Shown here one piece after another: positions 1-12,164 of a stretch of DNA of 64,000 nt. A program made the position numbers and the translations under genes. This stretch comes from Setoptus koraiensis (Eukaryota > Animalia > Arthropoda): positions 6,200,001-6,264,000 of the forward strand of contig CM106586.1 of assembly GCA_048013815.1 (NCBI GenBank), read 5' to 3'. The notes below the pieces were generated by a model. The model did no database searches, was not told where the DNA came from, and saw only the letters and a list, made by a program, of their open reading frames with translations. Position 1 is the stretch's first letter. Each line of letters opens with the position of its first letter.

Positions 1-1433
1 TTGCGTTTTTGGCTAAGCCAAGAAAGCCAACAGTGCAAAGTAACAATTTTACAACATTTACATTGGATGACGATATCAATAATAACTACATAACATCATC
101 GGCCAATCAAACTGATTATGAGCTAGAGAATAGTTGTCTGGCGTTGTTTTTAAGCAACAACAACTATGACGTTTGGCTTCTTGAGGCCCGTGGCTCAACA
201 CCCCAAAGCTCTCATCATATGATCAAATCTATTGAATTGCAATGGGACAAATATTGGAATTTTCGTTTAGACGAACAAGCCCTGTATGATTTGCCAGCTC
301 AGATACAATTCATATTAGATGTAACTGGCGAAGAGAAGCTTGCCTATGTTGGTTATAGCCAGTCGACATTGTTTATGTTTGCATTGTTAAGTGAGAGGCC
401 AGAATTTAAGAATAAATTGAGCGTATTTGTTGCTGTGTCGCCTGTTGTTTATCTAGGTCAAGTGCGCGGTCTATTGAAATTGGTCAATCAAATGCCAGGA
501 CTAACAAATCAATTGATAAGAGCACTCAATAATCCAAATATTGTTTCTCAGACACTATACGACGAGATAAACAGAATGCTCACAGAGATGTTGTGTAACT
601 CTCCCCTTTTAAAAACGGCCCAACAATGGGCACTGGGCTCAGACGACCAGCTAAACGTGCTCGTAAGTAGACAGATGAAAAACAAAAACAGACACATCAA
701 CTAATTATCACCATGATTCATTAATTAATTACGTTAAAATAATTGCTAAATCAATGCTCAGACTAATACTTATTGCAGTCGAATGGTGTCGCCAGTGAGC
801 CTCAAATCGGTGGCTCAATTCATCCAATACATAAGAAAGCCTGTCTTCTGTCGTTACGACTACGGACCCATTCTCAATATTTATCACTATGGCCAGGTAA
901 CTATGACCATCAACTATGTTTGCTTTAGAATCAAGAGCCGCTCAAAGAGTTTTGATCCTTGGTCCTAACGCAATTGTCAATTGAGTTAGAAATAATGATG
1001 ATTTGCTTGAACTAACAGCTATCTTGTTTTTATTGCCTCAATTCAACTATCAAACAACAGGTTCAACCACCTATTTATAATTTATCTAGGATACAATTCG
1101 ACAGAATAGCCTTCATCAGATCAATTCGTGACGACGTCGTATCGGTTGAGAGCGATCAAAAGCGACTCATCAAAGAGTTACAAGGTAAGTTGTATAATTT
1201 GATTGCATAATATCATTTCGCTTTCGCACATGCAAACTAATTAATATTTGTCTCAATAATTGACCAAATCAATCGCACTGTTTATCGCAATACTAGTACC
1301 ACTGTACAGAGATGTAAAGCTACCGAAAAACTATAACCACCAGAGCTATTGGATAGCAAAGAATTCATTTCAGACAGTGATCAGACCCATCTATGAGATT
1401 ATCACTCAGGCATTCCAAGATATCCGCCAATGA
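1..1433 (+). CDS. Lysosomal/gastric-type triacylglycerol lipase, copy A (5'-partial). Exons <1-662, 762-896, 1061-1184, 1297-1433
   Basis: Motifs YDVWLLEARG, W-N-F-x-L-DEQALYDLPA, GYSQS nucleophile elbow, CRYDYG and YNHQSY. GT-AG introns are phase-compatible and at the same positions as in copy B. Confidence 0.9.
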
Positions 1434-1876
1434 AGGCCAATGCGCCAAATCATGTATTACACATTATTATTAATTACTAACTATTACACATTATAACTAG
1501 TAAATGACGAATTAACTTAATTATAACAATCAATGAGCACACATTGTCCCATTTATTTGTTGTTTGTCTCTCTAAAAATGCGCTCGATTCAATTAATCCG
1601 ATTGGTTCCTAGAATTGTTTAGTTATACAAAGGCTAAGAGTAGAAATAATGTCATGACATAATAAAAGCGAAACAAAACAACGTATTATGGTTCGGATGC
1701 CAGTCGACCGAATCAAAACAAACACTTGCCAAGTGAAATAATTTGACAAAATGAAGTTCGGTATTCGTTCTGATGCGACTCATCTGCATGAAAATAACAC
1801 ACTTCGGGTGGGCTAAATAGTTGAATAAGAAATCAATATTTGAATATTGCTGTTGTTGATATGATTAGTGTTCATA

Positions 1877-3665
1877 ATGAGCTCGAAAGGTGAAAACTTT
1901 TGCCTTGCCATAATCATATTGCTGGGCACACTCACGCTTGTGAGTTCATATTGTCCAATCGGAAAAATATTTTCGCATTTGTCTAATGTCAAAAATAACT
2001 GTGCGGAGATACGCAATTGTACGGAAAGTTACAACAAGATGTCAACGGTAAGTGGGCCAACGATTACAATTGTAACAACGAGCAGGTAAATTCGTTTCAC
2101 GGATACTAATTAGAATTTTAAGCACCCACATACAGGCCAACGTAGTTGAGTTGCACGGTTACGAGGTTGAAGAGCATAGCGTTGTTTCCGAAGATGGTTA
2201 CATCACCCGCTTGACCAGGATAATAAATCCCATGATTGACGACGATACACGACATGTGCACAATGGTCAACCTGTTGCTATTCATCACGGTTTGGCTCAA
2301 TCACCGATAAGTCCCCTGTTGACGTTTGGCTGTTTCGATATGTCATCGCCCAAAGCGTCAACTATTGATGATTTTAATTCAATTTCAACTGGAGCTCATC
2401 ATGACAATCGCTTGACTACTATCCCCTATTATTTGAGCAACAAAGGCTATGATGTTTGGCTGCTGGAGGCTCGAGGTTGCACAAGTGACAGCAGAGGTCA
2501 CACAAACAAATCCAAGACGGATAAATCGTCGGAATATTGGGACTTTGCTCTAGATGAACAAGCTTTGTATGATCTGCCAGCTCAGATAGATTACATTTTG
2601 GAGGCAACAGGCAAACCCAAGCTTGCTTATGTGGGCTACAGTCAGTCTACAACATTCATGTTTCAACTGCTTAGCGAAAGACATTCCGAATATGCCCCCA
2701 AATTGGCTATATTTGTTGCCATAGCCCCGGTGGCCTATCTAGAGAACGCAACAGGCTTAATTGAGTACGTCAGTGGATTGCCTGGATCAGAGAATCATTT
2801 TTCCAGAGAAAGTAAACCATTTTTGGGATCGATTGATAGATGTCACAAGCTGAATGACATGTTTGTGTTGCTTGCAAACAATCCCGTGCCCATGTCAGCC
2901 GTAGTTGTGAAAAAATTATTGGAGTTTGGCTATGGTCCAGATGATTCGCACAACATACTGGTTCGTACTGATCCTATTCTGTCTATGCTAATTTTATGCA
3001 ATATTTTCTACAATATTTTGCATGCTAAAATTAATCACAACATCCGATCACTCTATTACCCGCTTTGATACACAAAGAGCACTTCGTACCTGAGTAGCTT
3101 GGTCCACGCGACTAGCTACAAAGCTTTGGGTCACTTTCTGCAAATCAAAGACAAAGATCATTTCGCAAAGTACGATTGGGGACCGAGAAAGAACATGCTC
3201 ATATATGGCCAGGTAAGTGTAGCTCGTCAGTAGAGATAAGTTTTCTGCGAACAACTAATCAACATTTTAACAACAAGATCGATAAAATCATGTTGTGATT
3301 CGACTCTCAGGAGCATGCACCCAGCTACAATTTGTCTAGAATTACCTTCAACAAGATTGTCATGTTCAGAGGAACCAAAAGCGATCGCGCTTCCACTGTT
3401 GCTAGCCAAAAGAGACTGATCAAAGAACTGGCAGGTAAGCTGTTGATCGTCACATGTATTACTCATAATTTGTTACGTCTATATCGCTAATAGTAACCGT
3501 TTATGTTGACAACCAGCTCCCTTGATGAATGATTACATAATGCCCGAGTATTATAATCATCAGAGCTATTTCATCTCGAAGGACTCATACAAGTATGTCA
3601 TTTTACCTTTATGCAAAGAGATAGGCGACGCCTTTGGTGGAGTCAATCCGAAGAGGTCACCATGA
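1877..3665 (+). CDS. Lysosomal/gastric-type lipase, copy B, ~467 aa, secreted. Exons 1877-2047, 2136-2960, 3078-3212, 3311-3434, 3517-3665
   Basis: Hydrophobic signal peptide (FCLAIIILLGTLTLVSS), HGYEVEEH..EDGY, HHGL, GYDVWLLEARG, GYSQS, YNHQSY. Spliced length is 1404 nt, divisible by 3. Confidence 0.9.
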
Positions 3666-5119
3666 TCATTAATGGTTATTAGTTAACATCATTCGCCTAA
3701 TTAAGCTGACATAATGAAGAATCTATGTTCTGTTATCGCCCAATGGCAATTGCAACGTCAGTAATAAGGCGTACAAAATAATAGAGTCTGAATATAAGTT
3801 CAAGTCTAACAAATGTATGTTGCATGCCAGGAGATGCCAATCTTCAATGAAATTTCCCAATAGGCGCTGGCATATATTAATTATATCATTTCATGTTAAT
3901 AAATGGACCGGAAGTGCAATTAAACGTGTGCTTAACAACCTTTTCGTTCTGACAAACGAAGATGGGCCGGGCTCGCTAATTCCCCCCCCCTCCCCAGTCT
4001 CCCATCATCTGAGCCTCCCATCTCCCTTCCCTCCCACCATACCACACACCCCCCCCCCGCGGCACTCATAGAAACCGTCCCGAAGGGAACACGAACAGTA
4101 ACAGTAACAGGAACACCACAGCTGACTTTTTGAAGGGGAAAACTCTATGGACTTTTTTGCTGCAAAGGGGGGAGAGAAAAAAAATTTCGCTTGATAGGAC
4201 CGGCTCGCTTCGCTCGCCCGGCCCAAAAATTATTTTCAGAGTGACGATAGTGGCACAGGTGGCACACCGGATGTGCCAATATGCTGTCCTAGTGCTGGGG
4301 GCATGGGCATGCCCGAGTTGGGCAGCCGGGCGGTTAATTCTTGAGCAGGAGACGGGCCGCCGGGCATGCCCTCCTGGTTCAAATCGGCCTTGCCTCGACG
4401 AGCAATAGAAAGTGAAGAGAAGTTTGAAAAGCCTGGTAAAACGACCCCAAAATCACTGATGTAAAAGAGGCCCTGAGCCCAAATCTGTGCAAGGCACATC
4501 GCTGAAAGTGCGCAAAAATTTACAATGAGCGAAGGGCTCCAATAGTGATTTTGGGGGCGTTCCACCACTGGGCAAGCCTCTCTTATGCATTTCGAACGCG
4601 GGCAATGATTAGTCGACACTTACTGGTCATATTGTATAGATATTCATTTTTAAAGGACTTTTATTACAAGATTCTTTTTTACATTCTTGCAATCGGACAT
4701 TGGAAAATATTTCTTCTTCATCTCATCTACTGTCCACGATGTTCTTGAAACTTTCACCGGTGGTGGTTCGAGCTGAGCAGCCTCAATTTCAATATATTCA
4801 GCAAGGAGATTTCTCAACGATGGTGGACTTGACGGTGACTCTTGATCAAAAATAGCGAGATCAATACACACGGCTTCATATTCCACAATCTCTTCAGTTT
4901 CGATGTTCTCAAGGAAGGAAGATTCTCTAGCCTTCATCAGTAGTATGTAACACGCTCGGTGAAAATAGCCACTAGGATTTTTCGTGGGTCTCACAATTAA
5001 TTTCGACCCGTCCATAACACCATAGAGGCTGCATCCGTCGTTATTTAAAGCTTAATTTTAATTTTACTTAAGTGCTTATGATGTAGTGTTGTTGGATCCT
5101 ATAAATCACGCATAAATAT

Positions 5120-5505
5120 CCACGCACGGTTTGATGGTGGATACTAAATTCCTGCATTTCACAGGATATTCACCAATTGTTCTTCGTTTAGTCACGCGCT
5201 GTGTGCTCGTGAATACTCGGACTTTGTATGCCAGTAAATATTCACATACCGTTTCATTTGTGGATATTCACAGCCTGCGATCTTTAGTACTGATAACTAA
5301 ATTAAGAAATTAAACCAATCATACTATACCTCCAGAGCCTGGGCGGCTATCTTGCCCGCAGCACTAGAGTCAACCATAAAGTACACAGCGTTCATCATGG
5401 ACGCAACGAACATCGAATCAGATCCGCTTTCACTAGCTGAATTCAGGATTGTAGCGTCGTGGTGCTTCGCGTTATATGGACCGAGCATAGCGATAACATA
5501 GCTTA
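5120..5505 (-). pseudogene. Degenerate PIF/Harbinger (ISL2EU-like, DDE_Tnp_4) transposase remnant
   Basis: Manual translation gives YVIAMLGPYNAKHHDATIL and STQRVTKRRTIGE, resembling GY..GPY...NDA.IL and SR.VTK.RW.VE of this family. The frame is disrupted. Confidence 0.4.
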
Positions 5506-5769
5506 GAAGTAGAGCGACTCAAACTCAACCTTGTATGTAGCTTAATGTGTGCTAGGGCGACGGAGCGACTTACCAACCAAACCAACCACAACCAAACCAA
5601 CCAACATCACTACATCATCACTTCAACCTTCAATGTATTTGGCGATGGCAGATTGCTAACTATGCAGCTGTTGCTGTTTTCTGCAACACTATTCGGGTGT
5701 TCTTTCGATTGGGTCCCCACTCAGAATGAAATGAAACTTCACACACACCACATCATGAATTATGTGGTC

Positions 5770-6730
5770 CGGGAGCGCGGAAACTGGGTATTCTATCTAA
5801 TAGCGCCACACTCCGATTTTGATGAAACTTCACAGATGGAGTCCACAGGGCCCCCAGACAATACTTTGAGTGGTCCGGAAGTGCGGAAATTTCTACTTCC
5901 GGAGATATGGAAAAGTGCATTTTTCGGGCCTCACAGGGGCCTCAGACCAAAAATTTTCACATGATTGTATAGATCTTATCGATGTTTTTGTGGTTCAGTT
6001 GAATTTAGCTTCATAGAGCATCCAGACCTCCAGATAATAAACTTTAACTCCATGAGCAACTTCCGGTCTACATGATAGTAGTATTATCGAACATCGCACG
6101 ACTCTCCGTGTGTCACGCACGCATTCGCATTGTTTCTGGTGTCCGGATGTGTGACAATTACTCGGCCGAAGGCCGGGGTTGTCGGTTCGAGCGAGGGTTG
6201 AGGGCGAAGCCCTCAACACGAGGCGAGGCAAGCTCGCGAGGCCTAAGGCCGAGTCGGTAAAGATCGAAAGATGGTCCAGTATAGATGGAAGGTTGAGCAA
6301 CGAAGTAAATTAGTAAAAAGTGGGGATATATCCCTTTATTCTAATCTCATCATCTGTATCAGAGCTGCGACCGGGTCGGCCCCTTTTCTTGCACGCGCAA
6401 GGAATCGATGGGTGGTCTCACCAACTGCGGGCGCAGTCTCACTCCGCGCCGCACTCAACGGTCACGCTTCTTCGGTTTAACTGCATTTTTCCTCTTTCCC
6501 GAGCTTCTGGGTATCATCTAACCTCGGCACAGAGACGCGAGTACCCTACCCGATGTCCGCGCATGTGGGTATCGCCGATTGAACCGTCAATATGCCCTCA
6601 AATACCCCGAAATACCCAGAATGCGGTACCCCGGGAATCTCGGTGACGAAGAATTTCCGCACTTCCGGAATACCCATTCGGGTATCAGGGCACTATACCC
6701 TACCCAAAAATACCCAAAATACCTAAATTG
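5770..6730 (+). repeat. Repeat family member E1 (module A - GNA hairpins - inverted module A - module B)
   Basis: GGTCCGGAAGTGCGGAAA at ~5870, hairpins at 6163-6217, TTTCCGCACTTCCGGA at ~6655, GGGTATCAGGG.ACTATAC.CTACCCAAAAATACCCAAAATACC at ~6680-6725. Confidence 0.7.
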
Positions 6731-6759
6731 GGCGTGGCTCCTATTCGATGGTACAACCC

Positions 6760-7179
6760 AATTATACAGTGAAGGCTGAGACGCTAACTAGTAAAAATTA
6801 GCATGCGATAATACTAGCTGTTTACAAATTGAATTTAGCACTAGGGAAGCTAGGAGTGCAAAAACTAGACGGATTTAGTACAATGAAACGCTAAAATGTT
6901 GAATTTTAAAATCTAGCACACGTAAAGCTAGGAGGCGGAGTTTTAAGAAATAAATTATACAGTAGAGGCTGAGACACTAACTAGTAAAAATTAGTATGCC
7001 ATAATACAAGCTGTTTACAAATTAGATTCAGCACTAGGGAAGCGAGGAGTGCAAAAACTAGATGGATAAAGTGCAATGAAACGCTAAAATGTTGACTTTT
7101 AAAATCTAGCACACGTAAAGCTAGGAGGCGGAGTTATTAGAGAACAATTATACAGTAGAAGCTGAGACACTAACTAGTA
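6760..7179 (+). repeat. 193-bp tandem repeat, ~2.2 units
   Basis: AATTATACAGT..GGCTGAGAC recurs at 6760, 6953 and 7146, with near-identical sequence between. Confidence 0.95.
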
Positions 7180-7569
7180 GGAATGAGCATGCGAAATAGC
7201 ACACAACACACCTCATGCGTCCTATAACACATAGTGCGCCAATGCATCTTGGTGTATCTATTTAAGTTATTAATTGTGCCAAAACTGAGCGCTGGGAATG
7301 CACCAATTTCCGCATGCAGTTGCAATTTCCACCAATCTAAACTATTATATTCCATCAGCACTGTCAAAGGCACTTAAGTCAGTCATAATATTTGATAGCT
7401 GAGGAGTGGACTGTTGTCTACAATCACGCGTTGAATTCGCATTGTCTGCGGCAGTTGACGAGGTCACATAGTGTGATAACAAGGATACCTGGAATTTTCA
7501 GCTACCACTCATACATCCATTCATCGATTGCGAACGTTAACAGGTTATCATATACTTCGGTTATACTTG

Positions 7570-8450
7570 AGAACTGGGCGTAGATCCGATCAGGGTATTT
7601 TGGGTATTTTAGGGTAGCGTATAGTACCCTGATACCAGAATGGGTATTTAAAAGATGTAGGTACTTTTTGAAGATAATTTTGTTACAGCAAGGTACAGTC
7701 GAGTATTTTTAACTCAGAAATCGTATACCGGAAGTGTTAAAATGAACCAGAGGTGCGATACCAGGGTTTACCAGGGTATTTCGGGTATCCGAGTATGTAA
7801 TAGGCTACGCGAGGGTAATAATCACAACCGCATGAGTGCGGCATGACCGTTGCGGGTAGCACGAGGTACAAGGGGTACCCATGCTCACTCGTGTATAATA
7901 TACAATAGCCCTTCCGTCTGCCATGCAGCTTGGGCCCGGGCCGGAGGAGGGGTTCGGCCTCCAGTCGTCCATGCCTACGGCCTACGGCCTCCGGCGGGAC
8001 GACTGACGGCCACCAAACTAAAAAAGATTTTTCCCGAGGACTGGGAGTCGAGTGGGCGGGGCCCGTGATCGAGCCGGGTTTCGTTCGTGAATGCGTGTCA
8101 CCTTGCTCTGGGTGTAAGATTTTGGCTCTGAACAGACCCAGACCAGCCTAGATTCGCCCATACATGCAATTTTCCTGAATATCTCGAGAACCGGAAGTTG
8201 TAGAGAGTTGAAAATGATGCCATCGGGGTAGTCGTAGTCTGATGTACTAACATAACGAGTTTCAAGGCTGTATCTCTAAGATGAAGCTAAAACCGGAACC
8301 GGAAGTTTCTACACTTCCGGTCCAAAATATTTCTCGTCAGGGGCACCTAAGACACTCACACCATGAGTTTCGTCGCGAACTGAGCTACGCCCAGTTCGCA
8401 AGAACACCCTATACTTCTCTGAATCTTCCATCGATACTTATCCACCCGAA
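7570..8450 (-). repeat. Repeat family member E2 (same module order as E1, on the minus strand)
   Basis: Reverse complement of 8290-8330 reads GGACCGGAAGTGTAGAAACTTCCGGTTCCGG; GCC-GTA-GGC hairpins at ~7973-7990; module B at 7590-7650 in reverse orientation. Confidence 0.65.
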
Positions 8451-8489
8451 AAATTAAGCGCTCGAAATACTGATTCGATCAGTCTTACT

Positions 8490-8632
8490 TGTTAAATATG
8501 ATCTTTATTGCTAGACTTCTGTATCGTAAGTGAGACGAGTCTCATCACACAGTACAGAACTGTGATAACACAGAGTGTGTAATACATAACATAAGTATTC
8601 TACAATGTAACATGTGTGATTGTAATTATTCA
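8490..8632 (-). mobile_element. Copia-like 3' LTR (143 bp), with polypurine tract at 8636-8644
   Basis: Minus strand reads TTGGGTGGGAGTAT|TG...AATAAA...TTAACA. This gives a Copia-style PPT junction, TG..CA termini and a polyA signal at 8504-8509. Confidence 0.65.
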
Positions 8633-8808
8633 ATACTCCCACCCAATCGCACTTGACTGTTCGGAACATCGTAGGTAGCTTCAGCGTTTGCACTACGCTC
8701 CACAAATCTCGCTTTGAATTTGGAGTAGTATTTGAATCCAATTATTAATGCAACTCCAATGAGTAACCAAATAACTATTGACAACAGAAATATGTAGTGC
8801 GCCCCCAT
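8626..8808 (-). CDS. Small single-TM ORF (or env-like C-terminus) ending in the LTR junction
   Basis: MGAHYIFLLSIVIWLLIGVALIIGFKYYSKFK...VRLGGSIE: one strong hydrophobic helix followed by a basic stop-transfer segment. The frame is open up to 8904. Confidence 0.45.
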   Translation of the reverse strand: MGAHYIFLLSIVIWLLIGVALIIGFKYYSKFKARFVERSANAEATYDVPNSQVRLGGSIE

Positions 8809-8817
8809 CCCATGCGC

Positions 8818-9477
8818 CTCGGTGTGTTCCGACTCTTTCAATGAACAGCCGACAGCTGAACATGCGCCACCGTACTCTCCGATGGTTCCACAACATAGAA
8901 ACATAACACCTAATTCAAGCAGTGAAAACCATGATCAACAGAATGCGCCCGGACAACCTGAAAGAGTTGAAAGTAGACGAGCAGGGTTACGTTACAAAGG
9001 GCCTGTTGATTATTATAAAGAGAGAATCTCTTATGCAGAAGCATTGTATGTGGAGGGCGAGGCGCTAATTGCAGAAGAACCCAGTTCATATAAAGATGCA
9101 ATGAGTTGTAGCGAAAGTGACAGATGGCTAAGTGCAATGCAAGATGTTGCTAAGAACAAAACGTGGGTTCTGTGTGAACTGCCTACAGATAGAAAAGCCA
9201 TAAACTGTAAATGGATCTTGAGAATTAAACGCAATAGTGATGGTAGCGTATCAAAATTCAAAGCGAGGCTCGTTGCATGTGGTTATTCGCAGCGATACGG
9301 TTACGATTATAGCGAAACTTATTCGCCCGTGGCCAGACTAGAGTCTGTTAGAGTGATTCTGTCCATTGCAGCCACTGAGAATATGGACCTATCGCATTTT
9401 GACGTGCAGACGGCGTTTTTGCACGGCAAATTAAAAGAGGACATTTATATGAAACAACCAGATGGTTGGTCTAATGA
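8818..9477 (+). mobile_element. Ty1/Copia reverse transcriptase N-terminal fragment (RVT_2), truncated after QPDG
   Basis: EPSSYKDAM, WVLCELP, CKWILRIK, FKARLVACGYSQ, DYSETYSPVA, FDVQTAFLHG, IYMKQPDG. Confidence 0.95.
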
Positions 9478-9631
9478 CATCCCATGCGCTCACAATAATG
9501 CCACTATCACACCAATGGTTCACTCACCTGCGATTAAGACTATCTTGTTGATTTATTATGCTCCGTTTGTTCTAAAATATTTGGCTTTTATTTGTATTGA
9601 AAAATACACACGACTTCACGATTTTAATTGG

Positions 9632-10771
9632 TCAAAAGAACACGTCACTTATCAATGGTTTGAAAATCGACTGGTTTCCTTGGTTCTTCCTATGGTTGAA
9701 AGCTTCTTTGACGACGTCAAACCTGATGACGTCTTGGCAAAATGGATATTTTTTCATGGCAATATCTTCTTGCTTTCTGAAACATCGCACAACGCATGAC
9801 AATGTCTGATCGGCGGCGCGTGGTAAACTCATTACTTTGGTGTAAGTGTCCATTGCATCTACAGGCACATTGACTAGGGAGCCTTTGATGAATTTCGAAC
9901 CGCGTGCCCACACTCTTTCTGAGGGTCTGTGCTCAGAAAGTGTGCTGAATTGTATAACCGGAGACACTATTATTTGTTCGATTCGATTAAGTTGGCGAAC
10001 AGACTCAGGTAAATCGCGGAATTTGAGGCCATTGTTCATGCACATCGGCGGGATCTGTGACTTCTTCAGATATTTGAAACAGGTAGTGCAGAGAATATAT
10101 TCAAAATCGTGTCTCGCAATCACTCTGTTAACCAAATCTTCGCCATACTTTCTGATCAGATCGTTTAATTCAAATTTTGTAGTATAATCTCTACGAAATG
10201 TTCCCGAGCAGCTTGCACAAACTCGACTGTAGTTGTCGGCTACGCTCGCGCGGGATTTCTCCATAGCACCATTTATTCTATCTTAGTGCAACTCGGAAAA
10301 TTCTTCCATATAACCGGGTTTTTTGCAGAGACGTAGTATTTTCATAAGATAAACACCTCGACGTTGAGCATTATCGTTGTCTCTACGAATTATCTTAGCA
10401 TACTCATCGTTCTCTTTCTTCAACTCACTTTCTCGGAATTTATTATTCAAATTGAGTTTTCGATGATACTCGTTATCTTTGGTGAGGAAATAATCGTCAA
10501 ATTTTGCGGGTGCCTTCACAGACCTCGTCGATCTTCGCAGATCGCTTGTTTGTTCATGTGAATTTTGGTCAACATCAGAATCTTTGGAAATGTTAGCCTC
10601 TTCATTTAGGGAACAACTCTTTTGTTCTTCTTTCAATTGATATTACTCTCTCCTACGAGACAAACGCGATTGATTATCTCCGTCGATATACCTTACGCGC
10701 TTTCTTTCTGATTCCGCAGCCCTTCTGGCAGGATCTAATCGAGAGCGACGTTTTCTCTCTGCAGCCATCAT
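9632..10771 (-). pseudogene. Helitron/Helentron-type ORF, N-terminal half with DUF6570-like domain; Rep and helicase parts absent
   Basis: Three listed ORFs are in one frame, separated by single TAA codons (10643-45, 10283-85). Contains C-x2-C...LCTTCFKYL..PPMCMNNGL..LPESVRQLNRIEQIIVSP...KGSLVNVP, typical of the region preceding Helitron Rep. Confidence 0.75.
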
Positions 10772-11042
10772 TGGACGGTTCTGCTCAGGTTCTACATTGC
10801 CTTGAACTGGAGCAGAGTTGAGAAGGGATGTTGACCTAGTTTCAGAACAAACTGGGAGCTCACATCCCGTAGGACAGCTCTGAAGCCGGCCCCACCAGGT
10901 TGGGGAGCCCACCGGAAGCCCCAACGCATTTGCAGGGCTAACCGGGAGCTCATGTCCCGTAGGAGAGCTCTGAGGCTGTTGCTATTAGTACATCTCAGTA
11001 TTCTTCTTATTCTTGCCAATGATGGTCCCTACATCCGTACAC

Positions 11043-11680
11043 GGGTTGCAGTCATTTGAGCGGAGGGTTGAGGGCAAAGCCCGATACCCGAAGCGATCAT
11101 CAACCCCACCCGAAGGGTTCCCGTCGCACGCAGTCGTCGCGTTAGCGACGACGGAGATGTGACGGCCTCCAGAATACGAGGCCGCAGGCCGAGTTCCCAG
11201 ATCCGCCGCTTATTCATTCCTGAGCAAATCGGAGCTCCAATTTTCCGCACTTCCGGACCGTTCTTTCCGGTCTATAGACGTCAAGATGTACCCGTACAGG
11301 ATGTTTCACCAAAATCAGGGCGGGGCACTAATCGCTACAACAACCGATCCTTGGAGCAGTGATCATGCGTTATGCTGAAATACCCATCACACCCCACACC
11401 AGTTATTTCGAATTCGAGTCGATTATCCACTTCCGGAATACCTTTAAAGGGATGAGAGTTCTCTGATGTATGCTTAAAGTGCCCGAAATACCTTCAAGCA
11501 CGCTCCGAAGACTCTTAGCGGTCGTCGAGTATCTCCAAACGCCCACTGTGCGGTACATCGGGTAACTCGAAAACCGTAAATTTCTACATCTTATGAATAT
11601 TTGTTTGGGTATCGGGGTACTATACTCTACCCAAAAATACCCAAAATACCCAGATCGGAACTACGTCCAGTTCGCTACAA
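11043..11680 (+). repeat. Repeat family member E3 (5'-truncated)
   Basis: 11043-11117 is near-identical to 14799-14872; inverted module A at ~11245; module B at 11606-11660 matches 6680-6725 and the reverse complement of 7573-7650. Confidence 0.75.
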
Positions 11681-11754
11681 CAGCCAAATTGTGTTATCGT
11701 GTTCAGCATAGTCTATAACGTCTCTCTGGTGAATTTCCGACCTCTAGCTTTAAC

Positions 11755-11862
11755 TTACCAAAACACTACACTTCAGTCGCCAAACCTTTTAATTACCAAA
11801 ACACTACACTTCTGTCGCCAAACCTTTTAATTACCAAAACACTACACTTCTGTCGTCAAAAC
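11755..11862 (+). repeat. 38-bp tandem repeat x3
   Basis: TTACCAAAACACTACACTTC at 11755, 11793 and 11831. Confidence 0.95.
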
Positions 11863-12164
11863 AAGTAATACTGATTCTATCAGCATCTCGAGCGCTCAAT
11901 TTTTTGGATAGACGATTATCGTTGAAATATAGATGCGAGTATGTGACAACATGTCGGAGATAAACATCTATGCCTGCCAGATCAGGGTAGCCGAAAAGAT
12001 GACAGAATAAATACAAGTTCTCCAAATTTCTATCGCAGCATGATACACATGTTGATTTCTTGCTTACGGAATTTAGTACGATTCTAATAGTCAGTTTCGC
12101 CGCAATGAGTAATTAAGTTAGACACACCAATTAGTCAATGGCGCACACTTTGTAATAGTGACTC

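Noticed and set aside
4650-5015. 121-aa ORF in the TE island
   Set aside because: No recognisable motif; left unassigned.
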